Source: an uncultured Solirubrobacteraceae bacterium (lineage in GTDB: Bacteria > Actinomycetota > Thermoleophilia > Solirubrobacterales > Solirubrobacteraceae). From it: 64,000 bases of DNA. The notes under the pieces were generated by a model that did no database searches, was not told the origin of the DNA, and saw nothing but the letters and a program-made list of their open reading frames with translations. The position numbers and the translations under genes were made by a program. Location of the stretch: positions 118,603 through 182,602 of the forward strand of contig CAWIHX010000005.1 of NCBI GenBank assembly GCA_963836035.1. Reading direction: 5' to 3'. Position 1 is the first letter of the stretch, and each line of letters begins with the position of its first letter. Of the stretch, positions 49,336 through 58,534 are shown in pieces.

Positions 49336-50556
49336 ATGTCCACCGAGCAGGCCGCCATCGCGCGCGGTCGCCCGCCACTTCGGCGCCGGCCGGACGAAGG
49401 GCTGTTCGGCGGGGTCTGCGCCGGCGTCGCTGCGCGCCTCGACCTGAACGTGCGCTTCGTCCGCATCATGGCCGTGCTGCTCGGCGGCGTGGGTGGCATC
49501 GGGCTCGCGGTCTACGCGCTCGCGTGGGCGCTCGTCCCCGTCGCGCCGGAGAGCGAGGGCGCCACGCGGCACTCGGGGGGTGCGCGCGAGGCCCTGATGA
49601 TCATCCTCGGCGTGGTCGCGGTCCAGTGGGTCCTGCGCCGGCTGGGGCTGGGGCTGGGGCAGTCGGTCTTCTGGCCCGCCGTGGTCGGGGTCTGCGGGCT
49701 CGCGCTGGTGTGGCGGCCCACCGTCGGGCCGCCGCCCGCCGCGCCGAGCCCCATGGGCGGCCGCCGCTCGCTGCGCGGGGCGCTGAGAGGGCTCGCGCGA
49801 CTCGACGCGCCCCGGGTCATCCTCGGAGTGCTGATGGTGGCCTTCGCCGTCGCCGCGCTGCTGCACAGCTTCTCGGTGCTCCACAGCCTCGGCACGGCGA
49901 TCGGCGCCGTCGCGATCGTGGCGGGCGTCTTCGGCGCGCTGATCGTGCCGTGGTTCGTGCGGCAGGCGCGCAACCTCGGCTCCGAGCGCGCCGCGCGCAT
50001 CCGTGAGCAGGAGCGCGCCGACGTGGCCGCGCACCTCCACGACTCCGTGCTGCAGACGCTGGCGCTGATCCAGACGCGATCCGGCGAGCCGCAGGAGGTG
50101 GCGGCGCTGGCACGCCGCCAGGAGCGCGAGCTGCGCAGCTGGCTCCACGAGGGGCGCGCTGCTCCCCACGCCGACACGGTCGCCTCCGCACTGCGCCAGG
50201 CCGCCGCGGAGGTCGAGGAGCTGCACCGGGTTCCGATCGAGGTCGTGACGGTCGGCGACAGGCCGCTCGACCCCTCGCTCGAAGCGCTCGTGCTCGCAGC
50301 GCGCGAGGCGATGACCAACGCCGCGAAGTTCTCGGGCAGCAGCCGCGTCGACCTGTTCGCCGAGGTCCGGGAGGGTGACGTCGAGGTCTTCGTGCGCGAC
50401 CGCGGCGTCGGCTTCGACACCCAGGCGGTGCCGCCCGACCGGCGCGGGCTGCGCGACTCGATCCAGGGCCGGATGGAGCGCCACCGCGGGCTCGCCCGCG
50501 TTCGGAGCCGGCCGGGCGAGGGGACCGAGGTCGAGCTGCAGGTGGGCGCAGGGTGA
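49336..50556 (+). CDS. PspC-domain sensor histidine kinase (HisKA_3 type)
   Basis: PspC 'GLFGGVCAGVA...YALAWALVP'; 'AHLHDSVLQTLALI'; 'EAMTNAAK', 'RDRGVGF', 'GEGTEV'. Confidence 0.92.
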   Translation: MSTEQAAIARGRPPLRRRPDEGLFGGVCAGVAARLDLNVRFVRIMAVLLGGVGGIGLAVYALAWALVPVAPESEGATRHSGGAREALMIILGVVAVQWVLRRLGLGLGQSVFWPAVVGVCGLALVWRPTVGPPPAAPSPMGGRRSLRGALRGLARLDAPRVILGVLMVAFAVAALLHSFSVLHSLGTAIGAVAIVAGVFGALIVPWFVRQARNLGSERAARIREQERADVAAHLHDSVLQTLALIQTRSGEPQEVAALARRQERELRSWLHEGRAAPHADTVASALRQAAAEVEELHRVPIEVVTVGDRPLDPSLEALVLAAREAMTNAAKFSGSSRVDLFAEVREGDVEVFVRDRGVGFDTQAVPPDRRGLRDSIQGRMERHRGLARVRSRPGEGTEVELQVGAG

Positions 50557-51254
50557 GCGCCGGGTCCAGGCCGCGGGTCGTGATCGTCGACGATCATCGT
50601 CTCTTCCGGGCGGGGGTCAAGGCGGAGCTCGGGGAGCTGGTGGACGTGGTCGGCGACGCCGGCACCGTCGAGGACGCCGTCGCGACGATCGCGGCGCAGC
50701 GCCCGGACGTGGTCCTGCTCGACGTCCACATGCCCGACGGCGGCGGGGCGGAGGTGATCCGCCGCTCGGCGAGCGGCGAGGCGCCGCCGCGGTTCCTCGC
50801 GCTGTCGGTCTCCGACGCGGCCGAGGACGTGATCGCGGTGATCAGGGCGGGCGCGCGCGGTTACGTGACGAAGACGATCTCGGGGCCCGAGCTCGCGGAC
50901 GCCGTCGCGAGGGTCTCCGAAGGCGACGCGGTGTTCTCACCCAGGCTCGCCGGGTTCGTGCTCGACGCGTTCGCCGCCGCGCCCGCGGGGCGGGCGCATG
51001 GGTCGAGGACCCACCAGCCCGGGGCCCACCCGCCCTCGGACCCCGAGCTCGACCAGCTCACGCCCCGCGAGCGCGAGGTGCTGCGGCACATCGCACGCGG
51101 CTACATGTACAAGGAGATCGCCCGCACGCTGGGGATCTCGGTGAAGACGGTCGAGGCCCACGTCTCGGCGGTGCTCCGCAAGCTGCAGCTCTCGAGCCGC
51201 CACGAGCTGAGCCGGTGGGCCGTGCAGCGCCATCTCGTCAGCTTCGACAGCTGA
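50553..51254 (+). CDS. NarL/LuxR family response regulator
   Basis: 'IVDDH', 'LLDVHMP', 'GYVTK', HTH 'LTPREREVL...SVKTVEAH'. Confidence 0.95.
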   Translation: MSAGSRPRVVIVDDHRLFRAGVKAELGELVDVVGDAGTVEDAVATIAAQRPDVVLLDVHMPDGGGAEVIRRSASGEAPPRFLALSVSDAAEDVIAVIRAGARGYVTKTISGPELADAVARVSEGDAVFSPRLAGFVLDAFAAAPAGRAHGSRTHQPGAHPPSDPELDQLTPREREVLRHIARGYMYKEIARTLGISVKTVEAHVSAVLRKLQLSSRHELSRWAVQRHLVSFDS

Positions 51255-51312
51255 CGCGGGCGGTGGTTTACTACGTAGTGCGATATAACGTGGCACGTAG
51301 CTAGAAGTTCCA

Positions 51313-51330
51313 CTAGGGGCAATCCCCCAT
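51313..51330. promoter_or_regulatory. Second copy of the inverted-repeat box, upstream of the ABC operon
   Basis: CTAGGGGCAATCCCCCAT, 13/18 identical to 49283-49300; ends 22 bp before AAGAGT (51353-51358). Confidence 0.5.
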
Positions 51331-51389
51331 TGAGACCGACGGACCTCGGCGCAAGAGTTCTCCAGGCCCCGCAACCCGGAAGGAGTGGC

Positions 51390-52382
51390 ATGGCAGCAAG
51401 CGCAGAGCACGAGCGTGAGGCGTCCGGCGCCGCCGCGATCGAGACGCACGGCCTGACAAAGCGTTTCGGCGAGCGAGCCGCGATCGACAGCGTCGACCTG
51501 CAGGTTCCCCGCGGCTGCGCGTTCGGCTTCCTCGGCCCGAACGGCGCCGGGAAGACGACGCTCATCCGCACGCTTCTCGGTCTCACGACGGCGAGCTCGG
51601 GCACGATGAGCCTGCTCGGGCTGCCCGTCCCGTCCCAGCGCGTCGCGGCGCTGCGCCGCGTCGGCGCGATCGTCGAGGAGCCGCGCTTTCACATGCACCT
51701 GACCGGGCGCGAGAACCTGCGCGTGGTGGCGGCCGCCCGCGGCCCGGAGATCCGCTCGCGGATCGAGCCGGCGCTGGCGCGGGTCGGCCTCACCGCGCGT
51801 GGGGGGGACCGCGTCGCGAAGTACTCGATGGGCATGCGCCAGCGGCTCGGCGTCGCTCGCTGCCTGCTGGCCGACCCGCAGCTGCTGATCCTCGACGAGC
51901 CGACCAACGGTCTCGACCCGGGCGGTATCCAGGAGTTCAGGGAGATGATCCGGGCGATGGTCGAGCAGGAGGGCCGGACGGTGTTCGTCTCCTCCCATCT
52001 CCTCGACGAGGTCGAAAGGACCTGCGACGCGGCCGCGATCGTGGATCGCGGCCGCGTCATCACGCAGGGACCGGTCGCCGAGCTCGCCGGCGGGAGCGCG
52101 AGGAGCGAGCTGATCCTCGAGCTCGACGACCCCGACCGCGCATTGGCGCTGCTGGACGTCGACGAGCAGATCGTCGCGGTGCGCCGCTCGCACGAGGGGC
52201 TGCGCGTCGTGCTCGCGGCCGGCGACGGCGAGTACGGGGCTGCGGCCGCTCGCCTGAACGCGGCGCTTGTGACGGCCGGGATCGGCGTGATGCGGCTCGA
52301 GCCGGTCCGCCACAGCCTCGAGCAGCGCTTTCTCGAGATCACCACGAGGTTGGAATCGGCCGATGAGGAGGTGCCGGCATGA
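51390..52382 (+). CDS. ABC exporter ATP-binding protein (BcrA-like)
   Basis: 'GPNGAGKTT', 'YSMGMRQRL', 'ILDEPTNGLD', 'SSH'; AAGGAG RBS. Confidence 0.93.
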   Translation: MAASAEHEREASGAAAIETHGLTKRFGERAAIDSVDLQVPRGCAFGFLGPNGAGKTTLIRTLLGLTTASSGTMSLLGLPVPSQRVAALRRVGAIVEEPRFHMHLTGRENLRVVAAARGPEIRSRIEPALARVGLTARGGDRVAKYSMGMRQRLGVARCLLADPQLLILDEPTNGLDPGGIQEFREMIRAMVEQEGRTVFVSSHLLDEVERTCDAAAIVDRGRVITQGPVAELAGGSARSELILELDDPDRALALLDVDEQIVAVRRSHEGLRVVLAAGDGEYGAAAARLNAALVTAGIGVMRLEPVRHSLEQRFLEITTRLESADEEVPA

Positions 52383-53173
52383 GCGCCGCCGTCGCCACGC
52401 AGATGATCGGCGCCGACTTCCTGAAGCTGCGCAAGCGCCGCGGCACGCTTGCGTGGTCGCTGCTGCTGATGCTCGTGCCGCTCCTGCTGTACTTCATCGT
52501 CAGCGCCGCTCAGCACTCGTCGAACCCGGCCGAACACGCTCCCGCAGGCGGCGTCAACGGGTACCAGGACGCGCTGCGGATCCTCGCCGTCTTCTTCGGG
52601 CCGCTGGCGGCGATCCTGATCGGCACCGATGCCGGCGCGGGCGATGTCGCCGCGGGTGTGTTCCGCGACCTCGTCGTGACCGGGCGCTCGCGACTGGCCC
52701 TGTTCGCCACGCGTGTGCCGGCCGCGATCGCACTCACCTGGCTGGTCGCGCTGGCCGGCTATGCCGTCGCGACGATCGGGACCTACGCGCTCGCGGACGG
52801 CGCGGCCACGCCGGACGCTGCCGCGATCCTCAACGGGCTCGGGTTCACCCTGCTCTCGACGGGCGTCATCTGCGCGGTGGCCGTGGGCTTCTCCTCGCTG
52901 ACGGCCTCCAAGCCCGCCGCGATCGTCGTGCTGATCGGCTGGCAGCTGGTCGCGAGCCCGATCCTCGCCAACATCACCTCGCTCGGGAGCGCGCGCGAGC
53001 TCGTGCTCCGCGAAGCGATCGACCACTTCAGCCCCGTGGGGCTCGGCGACCGGCCGGGGCGCGGCGGGGAGACCCTGACGCTGAGCCCCGGCACCGCGGT
53101 GGTCGTGATCGCCGCTTGGCTCGCCGTGTTCCTCGTGCTGGGTGCGTGGCGCACACGCACGATGGACGCATGA
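52379..53173 (+). CDS. ABC-2 type permease
   Basis: Six TM segments; ATGA coupling to the ATPase gene. Confidence 0.85.
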   Translation: MSAAVATQMIGADFLKLRKRRGTLAWSLLLMLVPLLLYFIVSAAQHSSNPAEHAPAGGVNGYQDALRILAVFFGPLAAILIGTDAGAGDVAAGVFRDLVVTGRSRLALFATRVPAAIALTWLVALAGYAVATIGTYALADGAATPDAAAILNGLGFTLLSTGVICAVAVGFSSLTASKPAAIVVLIGWQLVASPILANITSLGSARELVLREAIDHFSPVGLGDRPGRGGETLTLSPGTAVVVIAAWLAVFLVLGAWRTRTMDA

Positions 53174-53274
53174 GCGGCTCCGAGCAGTCTCGCGACGGCG
53201 CGGGTCAGAGGGCTGACATGCAACCCGATCTGCTGCCGGGGGGCGCCGAGGCCCGGCCCGCTACCCTCGGGCCG

Positions 53275-54015
53275 ATGAGCGCAATCGATCACCGGGGCGA
53301 GATCGTCGCCGCAACCGACCTGCACCGCCGCTACGGCGAAGGCGAGGCCGCCGTCGAGGCGCTCGACGGCGTCACCGTCTCCATCCCGGAGCAGCGCTTC
53401 GCGGCGATCATGGGCCCGTCTGGCTCGGGCAAGTCGACCTTGATGCACAACCTCGCCGGGCTCGACCGGCCGACCTCGGGAAGCGTCCGTCTCGCCGGCG
53501 TGGAGCTGACCGAGCTCGACGACGGCGCCCTGACGAAGCTGCGCCGCGACAAGGTCGGCTTCATCTTCCAGACGTTCAACCTGCTGCCGGTGCTCGACGC
53601 CGAAGAGAACATCGTGCTGCCGCTCTCGATCGCCGGGCGCACCGTCGACAAGGAGTGGTTCGACACGCTCGTGCAGACCGTCGGCATCGGCGACCGCCTC
53701 AAGCACCGGCCGGCCGAGCTCTCCGGGGGCCAGCAGCAGCGGGTCGCGGTGGCCCGCGCGCTCGTCTCGCGCCCGTCCGTGGTGTTCGCGGACGAGCCCT
53801 CGGGGAACCTCGACTCCAAGTCGTCCGACGACGTGCTCGGCCTGCTGCGCCAAGCGGTCGACCAGTTCGAGCAGACCGTGGTGATGGTCACTCACGACGC
53901 GCACGCCGCCTCGTTCGCCGACCGCCTGCTGCTGCTCGCCGACGGGCGCATAGTCCACGACGGGGAGGCGGTCAGCACCGAGCAGACGCTCGACCTGATG
54001 AAGGCGCTGAGCTGA
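53275..54015 (+). CDS. ABC transporter ATP-binding protein (LolD/MacB-type)
   Basis: 'GPSGSGKST', 'GFIFQTFNL', 'LSGGQQQRVA', 'ADEPSGNLD'; TACCCT box 7 nt before ATG. Confidence 0.94.
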   Translation: MSAIDHRGEIVAATDLHRRYGEGEAAVEALDGVTVSIPEQRFAAIMGPSGSGKSTLMHNLAGLDRPTSGSVRLAGVELTELDDGALTKLRRDKVGFIFQTFNLLPVLDAEENIVLPLSIAGRTVDKEWFDTLVQTVGIGDRLKHRPAELSGGQQQRVAVARALVSRPSVVFADEPSGNLDSKSSDDVLGLLRQAVDQFEQTVVMVTHDAHAASFADRLLLLADGRIVHDGEAVSTEQTLDLMKALS

Positions 54016-56597
54016 TGCTGCGCCTGGTGCTGCGCGGCATGGCGCAGCGCAAGCTGCGCGTGGCGCTGACGGCGATCGCGATCGTGCTGGGTGTCGCGCT
54101 GATGGCCGGCACCTACATCCTGACCGACACGATCAACAACTCGTTCGCGCAGATCTTCCAGACCGCGAGCAAGGGCCACGACGTCGTCGTCACGCCGGCC
54201 CAGATCCTCGGCCGCAAAGTACGGGCCGAAGTCTCCCCGGTCACGCAGGAGATGCTCGAAACGGTCCGGCGCACACCTGGCGTGGCTGAAGCGGCAGGGG
54301 CCATCTTCACGCCCGGAACGCTCCTGGACACGCACCGCAAACGTGTCACCTCGCCGAACGCTCCGGCCTTCATCGGCTCGGTCCAGCCGCCGCGTTTCGA
54401 GTCGTTCAAGCCCGTGCACGGCACCTTCCCGCAGGACGCCTCGCAGGTCGCCGTCGACGAAACGACAGCCAAACGCGGGAACCTCCACATCGGCGAGCAG
54501 ATGATCGTCGCCGGGACCGCCGCCACCGCTCACTACACCATCGTCGGGATCCTGCGCTTCGGCGGGGGAGCATCCTTCGGCGGCGCCGGAGCGGCACTGC
54601 TGGTGCCCTCCGAGGCGCAGCGCCTGCTGGGCGAGGTCGGCCGCTACGACCAGATCAACGTGGCCGCGAAGAGCGGCGTGACGCCGGGGCAGCTGCGCGA
54701 TCGTGTCAGGGCCGAGCTGCCGTCGGTCGTCGACGTGCGCACGGGCGCCGAACAGGCGAAGAAGGACACCTCCGACCTCGAAGCCAACCTCGGCTTCCTG
54801 CGCACGTTCCTGCTGATCTTCGCCTACGTCGCGCTCCTCGTCGGCGCCTTCATCATCTTCAACACGTTCTCGATCACGGTCGCGCAGCGGACCCGTGAGT
54901 TCGGCCTGCTGCGGACCCTGGGCGGCTCGCGCGCCCAGATCCTGCGTTCGGTCGTCTACGAAGGCCTGTTGCTCGGCCTGATCGGCGGCGCCCTCGGGCT
55001 ACTCGCCGGGATCGGCATGGCGCCGGCGCTGAACGAGCTGTTCAAGGCGTTCGGCGCCGAACTGCCGGACTCCGGCACGGTGCTGGAGGCGCGGACAGTG
55101 ATCGTCTCGCTGCTCGTCGGGGTGATCGTCACGCTGCTCGCGGGCCTGCCCCCGGCGCTGCGTGCCACGCGCGTGCCGCCGATCGCCGCTATGCGTGAGG
55201 GCGTACAGATCCCGCCCCGCCCGCTGCCGACGCGCAGGCGGCTGATCCTGACCTACGTCGCCTACCTGGTGGTGATCGCCGTGCTGATCGCGGTCGGCGC
55301 CGCGGGCGTCGGGATCGTGCTGTTCGTGATCCTCGCGATCCGCGGGGTGCGGCTGTTCCTGCGCCTGCGCCGCGGCGGCGAGCGCCCGGAGAAGCGCTAC
55401 CGCGTCGTGCCCGCGCTCGGGCACGCGCTCGGCTCCCTCGTGCGCTGGCGCGGCATCACCGGCCGGCTGGCCGAGGAGAACTCGATCCGCCAGCCGGGGC
55501 GCACGCTCGTCACGGCGATGTCGCTGACCGTCGGGCTCGCGCTGGTCGCCTTCGTGGCCGTGCTGGCCTCCGGCTTCAAGGCCACGATCGACCACGCGGT
55601 CGACCAGTCGTTCGCCGGCAACCTGATCGTGGAGAACTCACAGTCCGGGAACGAACAGGGGATACCGCCGGGTGTGGCCGGAGCCGTCCGCAAGGTGCAA
55701 GGGGTCGGCAACGTGACTGCCGTGGCGTTCACGGTCGGCCGTCTGAAGGGCGAGTCGAGCAACCAGACTGTGACGGCGATCGAACCGGAGTCGTTCGCCA
55801 AGACCTACCGGATCGAATGGAAGCACGGCTCGGACGCGACCCTCTCCGAACTGGACGAAAGCGGCGCGATCGTCACCGAAGAGTTCAGCAAAGCGCACCA
55901 CCTGAAGGTCGGCTCGACCTTCACGCTGCTCACCCCCACGGCCCAGCACGTGACGCTGCAGGTGCGCGGCCTGATCAGGGAAAACGCCGGGCTGCTGAAG
56001 GGAGTCACGGTCGCACGCAGCGTGGCCGCGAAGCACTTCGGCCAGCGCGAAGACGCGGTCGTGTTCGTCAGCTACGCGCCCGGCGCATCCGACGCGCAGG
56101 TGCAGCCGGCCGTCGACAGCGTCCTGAACGCGCAGTACCCCCAGACCCGTTCGCGCACGGCGGCGCAGTTCAAGCAGGACCTCGCCGGCCAGGTCAACAG
56201 CCTCCTGACGCTGATCTACGTGCTGCTCGCGCTGTCGGTGATCGTGTCGCTGTTCGGGATCGTCAACACCCTGATCCTGTCGATCTACGAGCGCACCAAG
56301 GAGCTGGGGATGATGCGCGCGATCGGCACGAGCAGGCGCCAGATCAGGCAGATGATCCGCTACGAGTCGGTGATCACCGCCTTGATCGGGGGCGTTCTCG
56401 GGCTGGTGGTCGGCGTCGTCGGCGCGGTGCTGACCACGACCTTCGCGCTCTCGAACTCGGGCTACGTGCAGTCGATCCCGTTCGGCACGCTGGTCGTGCT
56501 GCTGCTCGTCGCGGCCCTCGCGGGGGTGCTCGCGGCCCAGGCGCCGGCGCGGCGCGCGGCGCGGCTGGACATGCTGCAGGCGATCTCGACCGAGTGA
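54015..56597 (+). CDS. FtsX/MacB-family permease with duplicated ectodomain+TM units
   Basis: 'IFNTFSITVAQRTREFGLLR' and 'VNTLILSIYERTKELGMMRAIG'; TGATG coupling. Confidence 0.92.
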   Translation: MLRLVLRGMAQRKLRVALTAIAIVLGVALMAGTYILTDTINNSFAQIFQTASKGHDVVVTPAQILGRKVRAEVSPVTQEMLETVRRTPGVAEAAGAIFTPGTLLDTHRKRVTSPNAPAFIGSVQPPRFESFKPVHGTFPQDASQVAVDETTAKRGNLHIGEQMIVAGTAATAHYTIVGILRFGGGASFGGAGAALLVPSEAQRLLGEVGRYDQINVAAKSGVTPGQLRDRVRAELPSVVDVRTGAEQAKKDTSDLEANLGFLRTFLLIFAYVALLVGAFIIFNTFSITVAQRTREFGLLRTLGGSRAQILRSVVYEGLLLGLIGGALGLLAGIGMAPALNELFKAFGAELPDSGTVLEARTVIVSLLVGVIVTLLAGLPPALRATRVPPIAAMREGVQIPPRPLPTRRRLILTYVAYLVVIAVLIAVGAAGVGIVLFVILAIRGVRLFLRLRRGGERPEKRYRVVPALGHALGSLVRWRGITGRLAEENSIRQPGRTLVTAMSLTVGLALVAFVAVLASGFKATIDHAVDQSFAGNLIVENSQSGNEQGIPPGVAGAVRKVQGVGNVTAVAFTVGRLKGESSNQTVTAIEPESFAKTYRIEWKHGSDATLSELDESGAIVTEEFSKAHHLKVGSTFTLLTPTAQHVTLQVRGLIRENAGLLKGVTVARSVAAKHFGQREDAVVFVSYAPGASDAQVQPAVDSVLNAQYPQTRSRTAAQFKQDLAGQVNSLLTLIYVLLALSVIVSLFGIVNTLILSIYERTKELGMMRAIGTSRRQIRQMIRYESVITALIGGVLGLVVGVVGAVLTTTFALSNSGYVQSIPFGTLVVLLLVAALAGVLAAQAPARRAARLDMLQAISTE

Positions 56598-56690
56598 GAC
56601 GCGACAGGCGAGGTGGGTCGGGTCCTGCGCCCGACGCCGGTCCTCGGCGGCCGCCGGGCCCCTCGCGGGCGCGTCGATAAGCTGGCCGCG

Positions 56691-58524
56691 ATGGCCGCAG
56701 CGGCGAGAACCGGCACCGACCCCGAGCTGCAGCACGCGAGCTGGGACCTCGAGCCGCTCGTCTCGGGGGAGGGCGAGGAGGGGGTCAGGCGACGCATGAG
56801 CGAGGCGCTCGAGCGGGCCAAGGCGTTCGCGGGGCGTCACGCCGGCAAGCTCGAGGAGCTCGACTCCGCCGGCCTCGCGGCCGCGATGGGCGAGCTCGCC
56901 GACGTCCAGGAGCTGGTGGGGCGCGCCGGCTACTACGCGGCCCTGCGCTTCTCGACCGACACCGCGGACCCTGCCAACGGCGCGCTGATGCAGTGGGTCC
57001 AGGAGCAGGAGACGGCGATCCAGACGACGCTGCTGTTCTTCGAGCTCGAGTGGGCCGCCCTGCCCGACGAGCGCGCCGAGGAGCTCCTGTCGGGCGAAGG
57101 CCTCGACTACGTGCGCCACCACCTGCACAACGTGCGCCGCTACCGCGAGCACCTGCTCTCCGAGCCCGAGGAGCGGATCGTCACGGAGAAGTCGCTGACC
57201 GGCGCGAACGCCTGGAAGCGGCTGTTCGAGGAGCTGACCTCGGTGATCGAGGTCGAGCTGGCGGGCGAGCGGCGAGGGCTCCGAGCCGTCGCGGGTGCCG
57301 CTCGACGTCGCGCTCAGCCGTCTCCAGGACGCCGACCGCGAGGTGCGCCGGACGAGCGCCGAGGGCGTCACGGCCGCGCTCGCGCCCGGGCTGCGCACCC
57401 GCGCGTTCCTGTTCAACACGCTGCTCGCCGACAAGGCCACCGAAGACCGGCTGCGGCGCTACCCGAGCTGGCTCGCGGCGCGCAACCTGGCCAACGAGGC
57501 CAGCGACGAGTCGGTGCAGGCGCTGATCTCCGCGGTCCGCGCCCGCTATGAGATCCCGCGTCGCTGGTACCGGCTGAAGGCGCGCCTTCTGGGGCTCGAC
57601 CGGCTCGCCGACTACGACCGCATGGCCTCGGTCAGCGAGGACGACGAGGTGACGTTCTCCTACAAGCAGGCGAAGGAGATCGTGCTCGACTGCTACTCCG
57701 GCTTCGCGCCGGAGCTCGGCGCGCTCGTCAGGCGCTTCTACCAGGAGCACCGCATCGACGCACCCGTGCGCCCGGCCAAGCGGGGCGGGGCGTTCTGCGC
57801 CGGCACCGTCCCCTCCGAGTTCCCCTACGTCCTTCTCAACTACACCTCGCGCAGGCGCGACGTCCTCACGCTCGCGCACGAGCTCGGCCACGGGGTGCAC
57901 TTCGCGCTCGCGGCCAAGCAGGGCATCTTCCAGCAGCACACCCCGCTCACCCTCGCCGAGACGGCCTCCGTCTTCGGCGAGACGATCGTGTTCGGCAAGC
58001 TGCTGGAGGCGGACACCTCGCCGGCCTCGCGGCTCGCGCTGCTGGCGGAGAACCTCGAGGACACGATCGCGACCGTGTTCCGCCAGGTGGCGATGAACCG
58101 CTTCGAGGAGACGGTGCACACCGAGCGCCGCGAGCAGGGCGAGCTCTCGGTGGACCGCTTCGGAGAGCTGTGGGCCGAGAGCCAGGAGGAGCTGCTCGGC
58201 GACTCGGTGGAGGTCACCGACGGCTACCGCAGCTGGTGGTCCTACATCCCGCACTTCATCGGCAGCCCCGGCTACGTCTACGCCTACGCCTACGGTCAGC
58301 TGCTCGCGCTCTCCGTGTACCAGCGCTACGAAGAGCTCGGCGACGAGATGGTCCCGAGCTACGTGCAGATGCTGGCCGCCGGCGGCTCGAAAAGCCCCGA
58401 GGAGGTCGCGGCGATCGTCGGTATCGACCTGACCGACCCGGGCTTCTGGGACGCCGGGCTCGACCTCGTGGAGCGCCAGCTCGCCCAGGCCGAGGCGGCC
58501 GCCGAGCAGTCCGGCCGGCTGTAG
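56691..58524 (+). pseudogene. pepF: Oligoendopeptidase F (M3B) split by a frameshift at about 57264-57271 (real lesion or sequence error)
   Basis: N-terminal 'WDLEPL' in one frame; 'KRGGAFC' and 'LAHELGH' in the +1 frame; TAAGCT box 7 nt before ATG 56691. Confidence 0.85.
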
Positions 58525-58534
58525 GGAGCGCGGT

